A program made the position numbers and the translations under genes. Below the pieces are notes generated by a model. The model made no database searches and was not told the origin of the DNA. It saw only the letters and a list, made by a program, of their open reading frames with translations. From Hemiscyllium ocellatum (taxonomy: Eukaryota): a stretch of DNA of 64,000 bases. The DNA lies in NCBI RefSeq assembly GCF_020745735.1, contig NC_083402.1, positions 7,626,001-7,690,000 of the forward strand. The letters run 5' to 3'. Positions 51,320 through 64,000 of this stretch are shown piece after piece (positions within the stretch are counted from its first letter, which is position 1; every line of letters begins with the position of its first letter).

Positions 51320-53785
51320 GTCCTCACTTTATCTGCCTTCTTAACAATTCTGTCAACTTGGGTACCAACTTTTACACATCTATGGATGTGGACACCAAGA
51401 TGCCCCTGTTCCTCCATACTGCCAAGAATCCTGCCTTTAACCCTGTAATCTGTGTTCAAATTCAACCTTCTAAAATGAATCACTTCACACTTTTACAGGT
51501 TGAACTCCATCTGCCACTTCTCAGCTGGGGTCTGCATCCAGTCAGTGTCCCATTGCAACCTACAACAGCCCTCCACACCATCCACAACGCCACTAACCTT
51601 CATGTCAGCAGCAAACTTACTAACCCCCCTTGCATTTCCTCTTCCAAGTCATTTATAAAAATCACAAAGAGCAAAAGTCCCAGAACAGATTCCTGCAGGA
51701 CACCATTGGTCACCGAGCTCCAGGCTGGATACTTTCCATCAACTAGCACTTCCTGTCTTCTTTGGGCCATCCAATTCTATATCCACACAGCCAAATATCC
51801 CTGAATCCCATGCCTCCTTACTTTCTGAATGATCCTATCATGTGGAGCTTCATCAAGCGCCTTGCTAAAATCCATGTACACCACATCCACCGCTGTACCT
51901 TCATCAATGTGTTTTGTTACACCCACAAAGAATTAAACAAGACTCATGAAACGTGACCCGCCCCACACAAATCAAGATTCAATTAGATCCCTTCAGTATG
52001 GAAACACGACCTTTAGCCCAACAAGTCCCCACCAACCTTCCAAAGAGTAACCCACCCAGTCCCATTCCCCAACCCTATATTTACCCTTGGCTAATGCACC
52101 TAACACTATGGGCAATTTAGAATGGCCAATTCACCTAACTTGCACATCTTTGGATTGTGGGAGGAAACCAGACCACCCGGAGGAAACCCACGCAGACACA
52201 GGGAGATTGTGCAAACTCCACACAGCCAGTCACCCGAGGTGGGAATTGAACTCAGGTTCCTGGTGCTGTGAGGCAGCTGTGCTAACTACTGAGCCACTGT
52301 ATTATGAGCTATGATTTTCCAAGTAATCATAAATCATGTCTCACCATATAATACTGACTGGTCTGTAATTCCCAGGATTATCCATATTTTCTTTCTTGAA
52401 CAAGGCAATAACACGTGACACCCTCCATTGATTTGATTCAAATCCAGTGGACAGTGAGGACACAAAGATTATCGCCAAAGGCACAGCAATCTGTTCCCTC
52501 GCTTCCCGTAGTAACCTTGGGTACATCCTCTCTGGCCGAGTGGATTTATCCATCCTCACATTTTTTAAAAATTTCCAGCACATCCTCCTTCTTAACATCA
52601 ATCTGTTCAAGTATATCAGCCTGCTTCACACTGTCCTCACAAACGGCAAGGACCCTCTTTCTATTGAATACTGAAGCAAAACATTCATTAATGATCTCTC
52701 TTACCTCCTCCAACTCCAAGGACAAATTCCCTCCACTATCCCTGAGCAGCCCTATCCTCACTCGGGCCATCCTCTTGTTCCTCACATAAGTGTAGAATGT
52801 CCCTTGGTGTTTTCCTTAATCCTACCCACCAAGGTTTTATCATGCCCACTTCCATCTCTTCTCACTCCATTTCTCAGTTCCTTCCTGGCGACCTTGTAAC
52901 CCTTCAGAGCCCTGTCTGATCCTTGCTTCCTCTACCTAAATTAAGCTTCCTTCTTCCTCTTGACTAGATGTTCTACATCCCTTGATATCCAAGGTTCATT
53001 CATCCTACCATTCCTTCCTTACCTCAGCAGGACAATACTGTCCAGCACTATCAGCAAGTGCTCCCTGAATAACCCCCACATTTCGGTCGTGCATTTCCCT
53101 GAGTATATCTGTTCCCAAATTGTGCTCCACAGTTCCTGCCTGATAGCATTGTAATCCCCCCTCCCCCAATTAAATACTTTCTCTACCATCTGCTACCTGA
53201 TTACAGTTAAGGTCAGGCAATTGTGATCATTATCACTGAAATGCTATCCCACCGCGAGATCTAACACCTGACCGGGTTCATTGCCAAGAACCAAATGGAA
53301 TATGGCCTCCCTTCTAGTCGGCTTATCTACGTATTGAGTCTGAATCCTTCCTGGACACACCTGACAAATCCTGCTCCATTCAAACTATTTGCAGTAAGGA
53401 GATTCCAATTAATAGTAGGGAAATTAAAGTCACCCATGACAACAATCCTGTTACTTCTGCACCTTTATAAAATCTGCCTCCCAATCTGCTCCTCCATGTC
53501 TCTATTGCTATTGGGGGGTCTATAGAAAACTCCCAATGAAGTATCTGCTCCTTTCCTGTTTCTGACTTCTACCCACACTGACTCTGGAGGCAAACCCTCC
53601 TGGATGACCTCCCTTTCTGCAGCTGTGATACTATCCCTGATTAGCAATGCCACTTCCCACCTCCCACCCCCCACCCCTTTTACCTCTCTCCCTGTTCCTT
53701 TTAAAACATTCAAGCCCCAGAATGTCCAACAACCATTCCTGCGCCTGTGGTATCCAAGTCTCCATAATGGACACAACATCGTAGC
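51320..53785 (-). mobile_element. CR1 LINE (APE-RT) with an HE1 SINE inserted at about 51985-52282
   Basis: VWVEVRNRKGADTSLGVFYRPP, RMDKSTRPERMYP..NYRPVS, and RT 3' motifs. Confidence 0.85.
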
Positions 53786-53899
53786 TCCAAGGACTGATCC
53801 GTGCTCTCAGTTCATCATTTACAAAAGATGAGAAAACAAAAAGGGAACAAATGTTGTTGGAATCTGGCTTGGAAAGACAAAGCAGGTTAATTCATTGTC

Positions 53900-54480
53900 A
53901 TCGTCATTACTCACTGATGAGTGGGATCATCCACTGAGGAAATTCCGTGCCACTGGCCATGGGGTCTGTGGGTCCATGTGTGACTGATGAGCCTGATCCT
54001 GGAGCCACATCTCCAACCACATATTTGACAGGTGTTTCCCCACAGGTGAGATTGGTCCTTGGTCTGGAGATCATTAAAAGTCCATTCTGTGGTTCCTTTT
54101 CCATGCTTCGTCTGCTGATGGGTGTTCACAAACAATTGTGTCCCTTCACACAGGAGTTTCCTTCAACTCGCTTTCATTTGAATGAGGGTCGCCCATGCAT
54201 TTACATCAATGTTGGATTATTGAGGGAAGCCTTTTGGTCATTTTTGAAATGATTCCTTGACCATGTGATCCTTGATAAGTCCCATCAACACTGAGGCAGC
54301 CTTTCCACATCAGCTGGAGGGACAGCTGTCAGCATCCTTGAAGCAGCGAACAGCTGGTGAATTCCAGCTGGAAAGACACTGTGGATGAACTGAAATGTTG
54401 CTCTGCCTCGGAACTGGCAGCTGGCTGTGTGTTGAATTGGTTCATCATTGGAGGACCGTTTGCTGACCTGCCACACACAG
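53900..54480 (-). mobile_element. RTE-clade LINE 3' fragment
   Basis: C-terminal C2H2-like TCQICGWRCGSRIRLISHTWTH, typical of RTE ORF ends. Confidence 0.6.
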
Positions 54481-54529
54481 AGAATGTTGAAAGTAAAGGT
54501 TAGAACCAGAGTGAGCTGACTCTCACTGG

Positions 54530-54975
54530 ATTTTGGACAGGGGGAACCAGGTATGGGGTGGAGGGGTGGGGGGTGTTGTGAAGATGGGGCATAGGTTGGG
54601 GAGTGAGGCACAGTTTAGGGTGTGGGGGTGTTTTTGGTGGTGGGGGATGGGGTGGGGAAGTGGTTGTGGTGGTGGGTGATGGAGTGGGGGATGAGTTGGG
54701 GATGTGGGACAGGGTGTGCGGTGTGTGGCAAAGGTTGGGGTGGGCGGGGGGATAAGTTTGGAGTCAGGGTATCGGGTTGGAGGATGGGGTGGGTGGGGTA
54801 GGGATGGGTTGGGGGCTGGGTTGGAGGGGCCATTTAGAGGGGACAGGTTGCAGAATGGGGTGGAATCTGGTTGAGTGGACACATTGGGGTGGATGCATTA
54901 GGGGTGGGGTATGGTGTGAGTCAGGGACGGGTTGGGAGTTGTATTGGGGGTGGCAGGATGGGGTGGGGGTTAGCA
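54530..54975 (+). repeat. G-rich strand-asymmetric low-complexity tract next to a gap
   Basis: Dense gggg/ggggt runs ending shortly before the N gap at 55003-55170. Confidence 0.85.
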
Positions 54976-55389
54976 ATTTGTTTTCTAAGCCTCCCACTGG
55001 GGNNNNNNNNNNNNNNNNNNNNNNNNNNNNNNNNNNNNNNNNNNNNNNNNNNNNNNNNNNNNNNNNNNNNNNNNNNNNNNNNNNNNNNNNNNNNNNNNNN
55101 NNNNNNNNNNNNNNNNNNNNNNNNNNNNNNNNNNNNNNNNNNNNNNNNNNNNNNNNNNNNNNNNNNNNNNACTGTCTTGTTCTGAGAAAAGAGTCCCAGT
55201 CTGTGAGAAATAAATAAAAGTGTCTCGAGGTCTGCAGAAGCTGCTGACATTGCCCAGGGACTTTGGAATTCAAGCCAGATGGACAGTCCTATGCGCCTGT
55301 CATACAACCCATTATCCAAAGGTTTCATGAAAGCCTGGCATCCAGATGAACATTACAATTCTTGCATTTCCTTTCTCAATTTATCCCTC

Positions 55390-55433
<44 letters not shown>

Positions 55434-55500
55434 GCGCAGGCATTTGTGAGAGAGATGTCTGATTGGATGTTTATGACCAGAGAAGATTTGACTTAGATTG

Positions 55501-56274
55501 TGTTATGACACGGTGGTGAACCACTCTGTTAATGAAACCAAACACCCAGAAAAGCTCACCTCGCCTCTTAATCTGTTCAAATATATATGACAGAGAACTC
55601 CCAAATTCAAATATTTCGAAAAAATAACATCAATTTATTGTTTAACTCTAAACTGAACATTAAACAACAACTATTCACAACTCGAAGACCCCCATCTCTC
55701 AACTGCTTATTCCCTGCCTCCAACTCCATAACAATATACTGTTCCAATAAGACATTTATGAAAATTACATCAATTTAATTTCAAAACCATACAACCGCTG
55801 TCTACTTCTGTGCCATTACACTTCCAGCTGCTGAATTCCCTGGGTCATCTAATTTCTTTCATTGGGAGTATGTTTCACATGGAAAGCTACCTTTGATAGA
55901 GAGTGTTTCCTAGTTTCTTAAATCTATCTTGATAGTAGTTGCTCTCCCTCCAATTTTCAAAATGCCTGCATTTTTATACCCTAATATCAGATTGTCTCAC
56001 TGGCTCAATGTTGGCAAAACAATAAATTCAAACATGACTGGGTTTTAGTACATTGGGGCATAATTTAAACTGATGGGTTAAATTGGAATTTTGTTGTCAA
56101 AACAGCAACCAAAACTTAGGTATCCATTTCAGAGCCAAATGTTACATATTTTCAATTTTCCAGTAAACTCTGGGACTGCTGTCTAGTTATATACACAGGT
56201 GCTTGTAAACTATCTGTTGAGAACAGCAGACTCTCTCTCTTAAAGGTACACTACACACCTTCAACTTCATAACA
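55501..56274 (-). mobile_element. Solo LTR of the Gmr1-type family
   Basis: Colinear with 15725-16458; tgttatga...tcataaca termini; flanks attg/atag form an imperfect 4-bp TSD. Confidence 0.85.
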
Positions 56275-58384
56275 ATAGTATATATCAGTTATATTGTCTT
56301 ATAGTTTATCTGTGCTTTGCTAAGTTCTGTTCTTCATAACGAATTATTCATTTTTCTTAAAATTATACTCTTGTTGATCAAGATCTGTTTTTGTCATGTC
56401 TCATTCGGAATGATTCGGTAATTTTGAGGATCATTGAATGTTTTCTTTTCATTGTGTCTCTGCAAGTATTAAAATTCTGTCCTGTATACCTAAGTCCAGG
56501 TCATACACATCGTTCAAAAAGAGAATTGTTTTAACAGGACAGCACACTTCCCTCCAATCTGAAAGACAAACACTCACCACAGCGAATCCAAATAATGGCA
56601 AAGAACTGTGGATTCTGGAAATCAGAAACAAAAACAGAAACTGCTGGCTAAACTCAATGGGTCTGGCAACATCAGTGGAGAGAAAGCAGACTTAATGTTT
56701 GGAGTCCAGTGACCGTTCTTCAGAAGACATAACTGGATTAGACACACAGCATTAACTCTGCATTCACTCTACAGATGCCCATGGGGATTTCTTCACCCAG
56801 GAAGTGGTGAGCCCATGGAGTTTTATTTCTTATAAATAACCCAGGAAACCTGAGTGGAAAGGAAATTGTACAGCCAGAGTAAGCATTTTGAATTGAATAT
56901 GTCTCTTCTTTCAAACACAGTGAGTTGATGCATTTTGAGAGAAGCAATGCAGAGAGGGAATGTATATTTGAATGACACAGATGTCGACAGTATGCAAGGA
57001 CAGAGGGAGCAGGAGGTTAATGTGCACCTATCTTTAAAGGTGACAGGACATAATCAGAAAGCACCATATATGGGATCTTGGGCTTTATTATTATTGTTAA
57101 TGAGAACAATCTCATGGAGAAGATGCTAACCTTTGATTCAGCTCTGGTTATGAGACAGTCAAGTGTTGCATCCAATTCTAGTCACCAGAGTTCTGGTCAG
57201 GAAGGATGTGAGAGCTCCTGAGGGGTGGAGCGCACTTGTACCAGAATGGCACAGAGACACAGAAAATATAGTCAGAGGATTGTTTTGGAGAAATGGCTAT
57301 TTTCCTTGAAGAATCCAGGTTGAGGATCATTTCGATAGAGCAGTACAAGATTATAACAGATCGAGATAAGGCAGACAAAAAAAAAGGAACTCTGTCCAGT
57401 AGGTGATGGTACAAGAATTAGGATCAGGTTTAAAAGTTTGAGAAAATGTAGATGGGCAAGTGGTTCTGTTGATGCATTGACTGGAAATGTGCAGAACATG
57501 CTGCCTATTCGGTTGGTTGAAGATGATCAATTATTGATGAAAAAAATGAGACCAGAAACTGAGGGAAATAAACTTGTAGGGCTTTGGGGATAGAGCAGTG
57601 AATGGGACACATGGGATAATGTGGCAGATAGTTAGCTTGGACTTGATGGGCTGAATGGTCTTTTTCTGTACCACAATGAAGCTCTTTTTCTCTCTTTAAC
57701 CTGTTCTGATCTTTTAACGCCTGGAGACAAACTACCATTTCAATAAACCTGCTCTGTACTCCGATTCAGCCCAGTACAGGTCATCCTTCTGCAGGTGGGG
57801 TACACAGAATGACCACATACTCCAGGATGGTCTACTCAGGATTGTGAATATCTTGGAACATATACAGTCACACCAACATCTGACATCTTTTCTCTCAGAC
57901 AGAAAGGAAAACATTTGCTTCCACAGAGAAAGGACAATGATATTCATATCCTGGTAAAGGGAGTGACAGTCACATGTCTGTTTGGAGTTTCCTGTTTGCG
58001 AATGGTTCCCATTTCATATGCTCCCAACCCCTCCGTCACAGCAGCACTGTACCTGCGAGACCCTGATGGGATGAATGGCCCACTTCAGTTTCTGTGTCTT
58101 GTGGTCTTCAATGTTAACCTTATTTGGGAGTGAATCTGTTTCATCAGAATTTGTTTCTGATGCTGTGCCTGTGTGCCATCCCTCACATACTCCCGCCCGC
58201 TGATCCAAAGGCCCTCACATGTTGCTCCATGTCTCAATCTTGAACACATATCCATCTTCAGTTTTCTTTGCCATCTCTTGTCATTCCTTATCAGAGATCA
58301 TGTTGCCCAATTCTCACTTAACTGCAGACTGTATCTATGTGTCAAAGTTTTAGTGAACAGTTAAATAAAGCAAGAGAGTAGGCT

Positions 58385-59310
58385 CAACAGCAGTTAAAAT
58401 AGCACAGCATGTGATGAAACAGGAAGGAGACAAGAAAACCAAAAAATTGCAATTTTACTCAAAGTGATAAAGTGTCAGTGTTTTTCCAGTGAGAGGTGAA
58501 CCTTAAAAAACAAGGTTTAGTGGATCTTAACAAATCAAAAGGAGATTGAGTGAGGTGAATTATTTGATAAGGGTTCCAGATAGAAAAGAAATTTCACAGA
58601 ATGTATCAGGTGATTATGTGCACAAGGTATTTCAATATGCAATGAAAGCAAAAGGAGAAGGTGTTACTGGTGACAACACAGAGTGAAGAAGCAAGTTCAG
58701 AGGATTCTGAATTGGACATCTCTCAAATTAATTTGGACAATGAGGAAGATCTCAAAACTTGGGATAAACTATTGAGTTAGCTTCCAGAGGAAAATTTAAA
58801 TGACCTGAGAGAGTTATTACTATCGCATGGAGAGATATTTGAGAATAAACTGGGAAGTATTCAGCTTATGCTCGAATCTCCGACTCTCCTGCTCCTTAGA
58901 TGCTGTCTGACCGCTGTGCTTTTCCAGTACCACAGTTTTTGACACTGATCTCCAGCATCTGCAGTCCTGACTTTCCCCGACCAATTGGACAATACCAATT
59001 TAAAGGCATGACAATTGTGATGAAAAATGCTCCTGCCACATTTCAAAGACTAACCAATAAGTCATTTCTGAATAACCGAATTTTGCGGTATACATTGATG
59101 ACCTTCTGATATTTAATTACACATGGAAGGAACATTTATTGATTGGAATTATTTGACTGACATTTGGAGACTGACCCTGTAATTAACCTGGCTAAGAGTG
59201 AATTCGGAAAAGCTCCAGTCAAGTTCCGGGGCCATGTTATCGGACATGGACAGTTGGCCCCACGGAATAAGAAAACAGAGGTTGTAACCCATTTCCTTGT
59301 TCCTGGTATC
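58385..59310 (+). mobile_element. Second Gmr1-type pol fragment (IN C-terminus, then RT)
   Basis: ..RFSG....RLSEVNYLIRVPDRK (IN C-term), linker, then KNAPATFQRL and INLAKSEFG..GHVIGHG (RT). A short repeat is inserted at 58862-58975. Confidence 0.78.
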
Positions 59311-60119
59311 TCTAATGCTGTCCAGTCAGATCATGGGGGTTTGATCCCACGACTTTCAAACCTCACCTCCTCCCTCCAATGCTCTGCCATTGGTCTGCCA
59401 ACCTACCCAGCTTCATTGGGGTGTTGCTTTTATGCACCAAACAGAAAACAAACAGATTCTCCACGTTCCTATTGGGTGGTACCTGACTGTCAGTCACCAG
59501 TTTGTCTCTCCCAGTGAATTTATCCCGGTCAGGAAGAGAATGAGGGAAAAGGGGATGTGAGAGCATCATGGTAAATTGCTGGACAGTTAATGCAGCGAAC
59601 CAGGTAATGTTCTGGGGGTCTGGATTTGAATTATACCATAAGGGATGGTAGAATTTAAATACAAAACATTTTGTAATTAAGAGCCTAATTGTGACTACAA
59701 ACCCATCACCGCTTGTCAGGAAATATCCATCTGGGTCAGTCATGTCCTTATGGACAGAAAATGCCATCATTACAGGGACCGGCCTATACCTGACCCCAGA
59801 CCCACCACAGTATGGTTGGGTTTTGGTTGCTCTCTGGGCGGCAATAAATGCTGGCCTGGCCAGTAGAAGGGCTTATGCCCGATACATCGATTCTCCTGCT
59901 CCTTGGATGCTGCCTGACCTGCTGTGCTTTTCCAGCAACACATTTTTCAGCTCTGATCTCCAGCATCTGCAGTCCTCACTTTCTACCAGTAATACACCCA
60001 TCCTATCAATGAATAAAATAAATGTACAATTGTTGGGGGAAATGTTCCCCTTTCATGTAATTCCCCTCAAACAAAAATTATAATTCTGAGCTGCTCTGAT
60101 TTCTGTTTATTGCAGACAT

Positions 60120-62060
60120 TTTTAATTTTTTTTATTGCAGATATAACTGACCAGGAGCAGGAAGACCAAGGATCAGCATTCTGATCAGCACAAAAAGCAC
60201 CTCAGCAGGTCTTGTGTACAGGGGACCATTGAAACTGTTTTATGGGGCATCCCCCCACCCAAAGACCAATGTTTAGTTTATGAGAGTGTGTGTATGAGTG
60301 TGTGTGTGCGCGCGCGTGTTTGTTTCCTGACAAAAGGTCTCCTCCACCATGTTGTGGGGCACTATCACCATGTCAAAAGGGATAGAGTTTGAACAGATCT
60401 AGCAACTCCTGCCTGCACATCCATGGGACACTGTGGGCCATCAACAGCAGCAAAATTGCACTCCAGCACATCTGTAATCTCAGAGTGTGACAGCTCCCTC
60501 ACTCAAGGATTACCATTCAGCCAGGGGATTACTCCAGGTTCAATAGAGTGTGCAGGACGGCATGCCAGGAGCAACAACAGGCACACCTATAACTGAGGTG
60601 TCGGTCTGGAGAAGCAATCAAACAGGCGGACTTGCGTGCCAAAGAGCATGAGGAGCAAATGATAGCTCAGTGATTCCACAACCAACAGTCAGATCTAATT
60701 TCTGCAGTCCTGCCACACTCAGTCATGGAAGAGGTGACTCCAGAACTATCCCTGTCTTCAATGATGGAAGAGCCCAATATATCAGTGCAAAAGATAAGGC
60801 TGAAGCATTTGTAGCAATCTTCAAAGTGCCAAGTGAGTGACCCATCCTGGCCTCCTCCAGTGATTCACAGCAATACTGATACTAGACTTCAGCCAATTGG
60901 ATTTATTCCACATGAAAACTCCACAAGAAATGGCTGGAGGCTCTGGACAGTGCTTAGGCCTGAGAACTTTCTAGTAATCATGCTAAAAGCTTGTGCCCCT
61001 CTGTTTGCCACTTCCTGAGTCAAGCCCATCCAGTTAAAACACTGGCATCTCCTGGACAATATGGACAAAAGATCTGACTTCCATGAGTGGGGTGGGAATG
61101 ACTGCCCTTGATATCAAGCCCACATTGTTTTGAGTGTGTCATCAAGGAGCCCGAGCAAAATGAGAGTGTTTGAGGATTGGGGCCACCTTCCACTGTTCGG
61201 AGTCATCCCCGCACAAAAAAATGTTGATGGTTTTTGGAGGTCCATCATCTGAGCTTCAGGACATTAGTGTGGTGTAGTCTCCTTGGCCTAACCATCTTCA
61301 GCTGCTTCATCAATGACCTTCCCTCCAACAGAAGGTCAGAAGTGAGGATGTTTGCCAATGATTGCATAATGTTCAGCACCATTCGCAACTTCTCTGATAC
61401 TTTAAATGCAACAAGAATGTGTCAATATCAGGTTGTGTTGGCAAGTAATAGTTGTCTCACACAAATACCAGACAATGAGTATCTCCAATAAGAGTCTGCC
61501 ACTTGACATTTCATGGTGTTACCATCACTGAATCTCCCACTGTCAACACCCTTGGGATTAGCATTGACCAAAGATTCAGCTGAACTTGCCACATAAACAC
61601 AATTGCTACAAGAGCAGATCTGAGTCTCGGAAAACTGCAATGGTTAACTCATTTCCTGACTCCCAAAATCCGGTCCACCATCTACAAGGCAGAAGTCAGG
61701 AGTGTGTTGGAATACTGCCCACTTGCCTGGATGGGTGCAGCTTGACCAGCACTCAAGATACAGGACACCGTCCAGGACAGATCAGCCCACTTATATGTCA
61801 CCACATCCACAAACATCCACTCCAACCACCACCGAGACTCAAATGCAGCAGTGTGTATTGTCTACAAGATGCACTGCAGAAAGTTACCAGAGACTCTGAG
61901 ACAGAACCTTCCAAACCCATGACCATCTGGAAGGATAAGGGTAGGACATACATTGGATTACCGTTACCCTCCAAGCCACCCACTGTTCTACCTTGGAAAC
62001 ATACTGTCATTCCTTTAGTGTAACTCGGTCAAACCCCTGCAATTCTCACCCTAACAATAT
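60120..62060 (+). mobile_element. CR1/L2-clade LINE remnant
   Basis: FSCFINDLPS..EVRMFANDC RT motif and downstream degraded coding. Confidence 0.65.
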
Positions 62061-63004
62061 CCCTGGGTGCTCCCAGTGAGCCTTGCCTTTTTGTAATGGA
62101 ATCAGAATGAGTAAGGTAAAAATGCTCAAAAACACTTGGTGCATCTTGGACAAAAACAAATGAAAGTCCAGCCCAATGTGTCAGGGAAAGAAATTGTGGG
62201 AACTGCAGAAATAACATTCAAACCATGCTCTGGCTTCAGCAACCACAACAGAATTTGGTGTCCTGTTAAATCCTGTTGGTTTTAATGGCACTAAAAATAA
62301 TTGTCTGTGTGAGTCTGCTATGTCAATTCAAACCAGTCTCATTGAATCTGCATCTGTCTATACATGGATTAGTGTTTAACTAGCCAGTGATCTGTGATCC
62401 TGGCTCACCCCTTATCCCCAGGGTGTGTGTTCAGGACGGAAGGTCCAGGATAGCAGCCTGAATCTGTGGGTCCAGTCCCTCTCCCTTCAGTGATACAGGG
62501 GGACGTGGGTTACCAGGGAGAAGGAGCTAAACTCTTTATCTGATCCTGTGCTGTTACTGTCTCAGAGTGTTTGATGGGAACAGCTTTACTCTGAATCTGG
62601 CCATGTGGTCTCCCTGCCCTGGATGTCTTTGAGAGGAATGTTTACTCCATATTCAACCCCAGACTGTCACTGTACTGGGAGTGATTGATAGGGACGGTTT
62701 TGAGAGAGCTTTACTCTGTAGTTAAAATTGAACTGTTTGTGTCCTGACAGTATTTGATGAAGACAGCAGAGAGGGGTCTTTACTGAGTGTCCTGAGTGTC
62801 CTCCCTTGTGCTGTTCGTGCCCGATGAGGGCTTGGTGGCGACGCTGTTGAGGGAACATTAATTTCAGTTTAAAAGAGTTGAGAAAATTCACTCTCTCTCT
62901 AACTGTCCCTGTCCTGGGAGTTTGTTTTTTCATGGAGATGTGAACTTTAGTTTGTCGTTAACACTGTGCAGCCCAAGCTCTCAGAGTTTTTGACGTTGAC
63001 GTTA

Positions 63005-63236
63005 AGTATTTTGAGGAATGTATTGGAAGCTGATGCAACATCCTGTTTTCTCAACAGTTGCTGTGGTTGGTGCCTCAGTTTTACAACAGTTTTGTCATCC
63101 TCTCGGGTCTTACTGACCACATACAGACTTCCTCCTCCTGCTTCAGATCGTTTACACTGATCAACATTTCTTCATTGGTGCACAGGACGTCAAGTAACTT
63201 CATATTTTTCTGGAGAAGGAGAAGAGTGAAGAATTG
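63005..63236 (+). promoter_or_regulatory. Putative promoter/5'UTR paralogous to 30187-30440
   Basis: Alignable blocks ggaagctgat, ctcaacagttgctgtggttggtgc, cagacttcc, caagtaacttc. Confidence 0.5.
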
Positions 63237-63300
63237 ATGATGAAGTCCCTCTACGTTTGTCTTTCTGCAGTCCTCCTGTCAGTCTCAGTGCAGGCTTACA
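63237..63300 (+). CDS. Signal-peptide exon of a paralogous gene continuing right of the window
   Basis: MMKSLYVCLSAVLLSVSVQAY + A|gtaagt, phase 1; 15-residue hydrophobic core identical to the 30126-30186 leader. Confidence 0.82.
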
Positions 63301-64000
63301 GTAAGTACTTTCTAACACTTCCAGAGAGTGAGGGGAGATACAGAACACTGCAGGCACACCCAGGTTTCAGAGAGATACTGGGACAGAACTGATTGAGAAG
63401 TGACAATGATGAGACAAAAGTGTATGCCTCAATTTCTTACAAATAATACTACAAATACAGAACACAGAAAGTCAAAATGTTCCACTTGCTGTAACTAAAC
63501 CATGCAGTTGGTTGACCATTGAGATTTCCTGAATGATGTGCAGTGACAACCTTTCTCTGGTAGATACAAACTAAACTCAGTGTAGAAAGTTCCATCTTGT
63601 CTGTTTCTGCCTCAAAGCTCTTCTGTCAATATGATGAGTGTTAATTACTGTCGGCCAGTGACAATTAACTATTCCTCATGTGAAGATTCATTACTTTCAG
63701 GTTTCATTACCGATTCACGGACTCTTGGACATTTAATGCATAGAAAGAGGTCATTTGGACCATCGTTTGTGTGTGAGTTAGCAAAAATCTGACGAGACCT
63801 CCCCCAGAATACAGCTCTTGATCTTTGTGCCTTTTTTACCAACTGTTTTGAGGATTTTAAACTAATTAATGGGGGATGGGTAGAGGTGGGAGGTGGAAGT
63901 CAATTGGACAGAAGTTTAAAATATCAAAAAGAAGTAAGACAGCAGAGATGCAGGCTACTGAAGAGGCAAATGGGAAGTCTACTAAATCCCAAAATACTGG

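Noticed and set aside
55238-56620. Isolated small exon candidates (+ about 55238-55321, + about 56465-56497, - about 56578-56614)
   Set aside because: Weak or repeat-derived splice sites, no recognisable product; expected by chance.

Overview
Repeat-dense (well over half transposon-derived) vertebrate genomic DNA from an elasmobranch, inferred from HE1-type V-SINEs and CR1/HER1-like LINEs. It has three N gaps (13394-13523, 13606-13786, 55003-55170). The main host signal is an immune-receptor locus. On the minus strand: a signal-peptide exon (30126-30186); two intact Siglec-15-like V-set Ig exons (21755-22141, 19-405) that keep the CRVE arginine and the four-cysteine pattern; one destroyed copy (6231-6605); and one divergent Arg-less V exon (11777-12124). 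All intact exons are phase 1-1, and I found no transmembrane exon. A paralogous promoter plus leader exon starts a second gene on the plus strand at 63237. Mobile elements include Gmr1-type Gypsy LTR elements (integrase before RT, SCAN-like gag), Penelope-like elements with hammerhead-like motifs, CR1, Tx1/L1, RTE and HE1 SINEs. A few non-repetitive islands (39.9-41.4, 49.6-50.9, 57.9-58.3 kb) carry unexplained exon-like signals. All alignments and translations were done by eye, and repeat boundaries are approximate.
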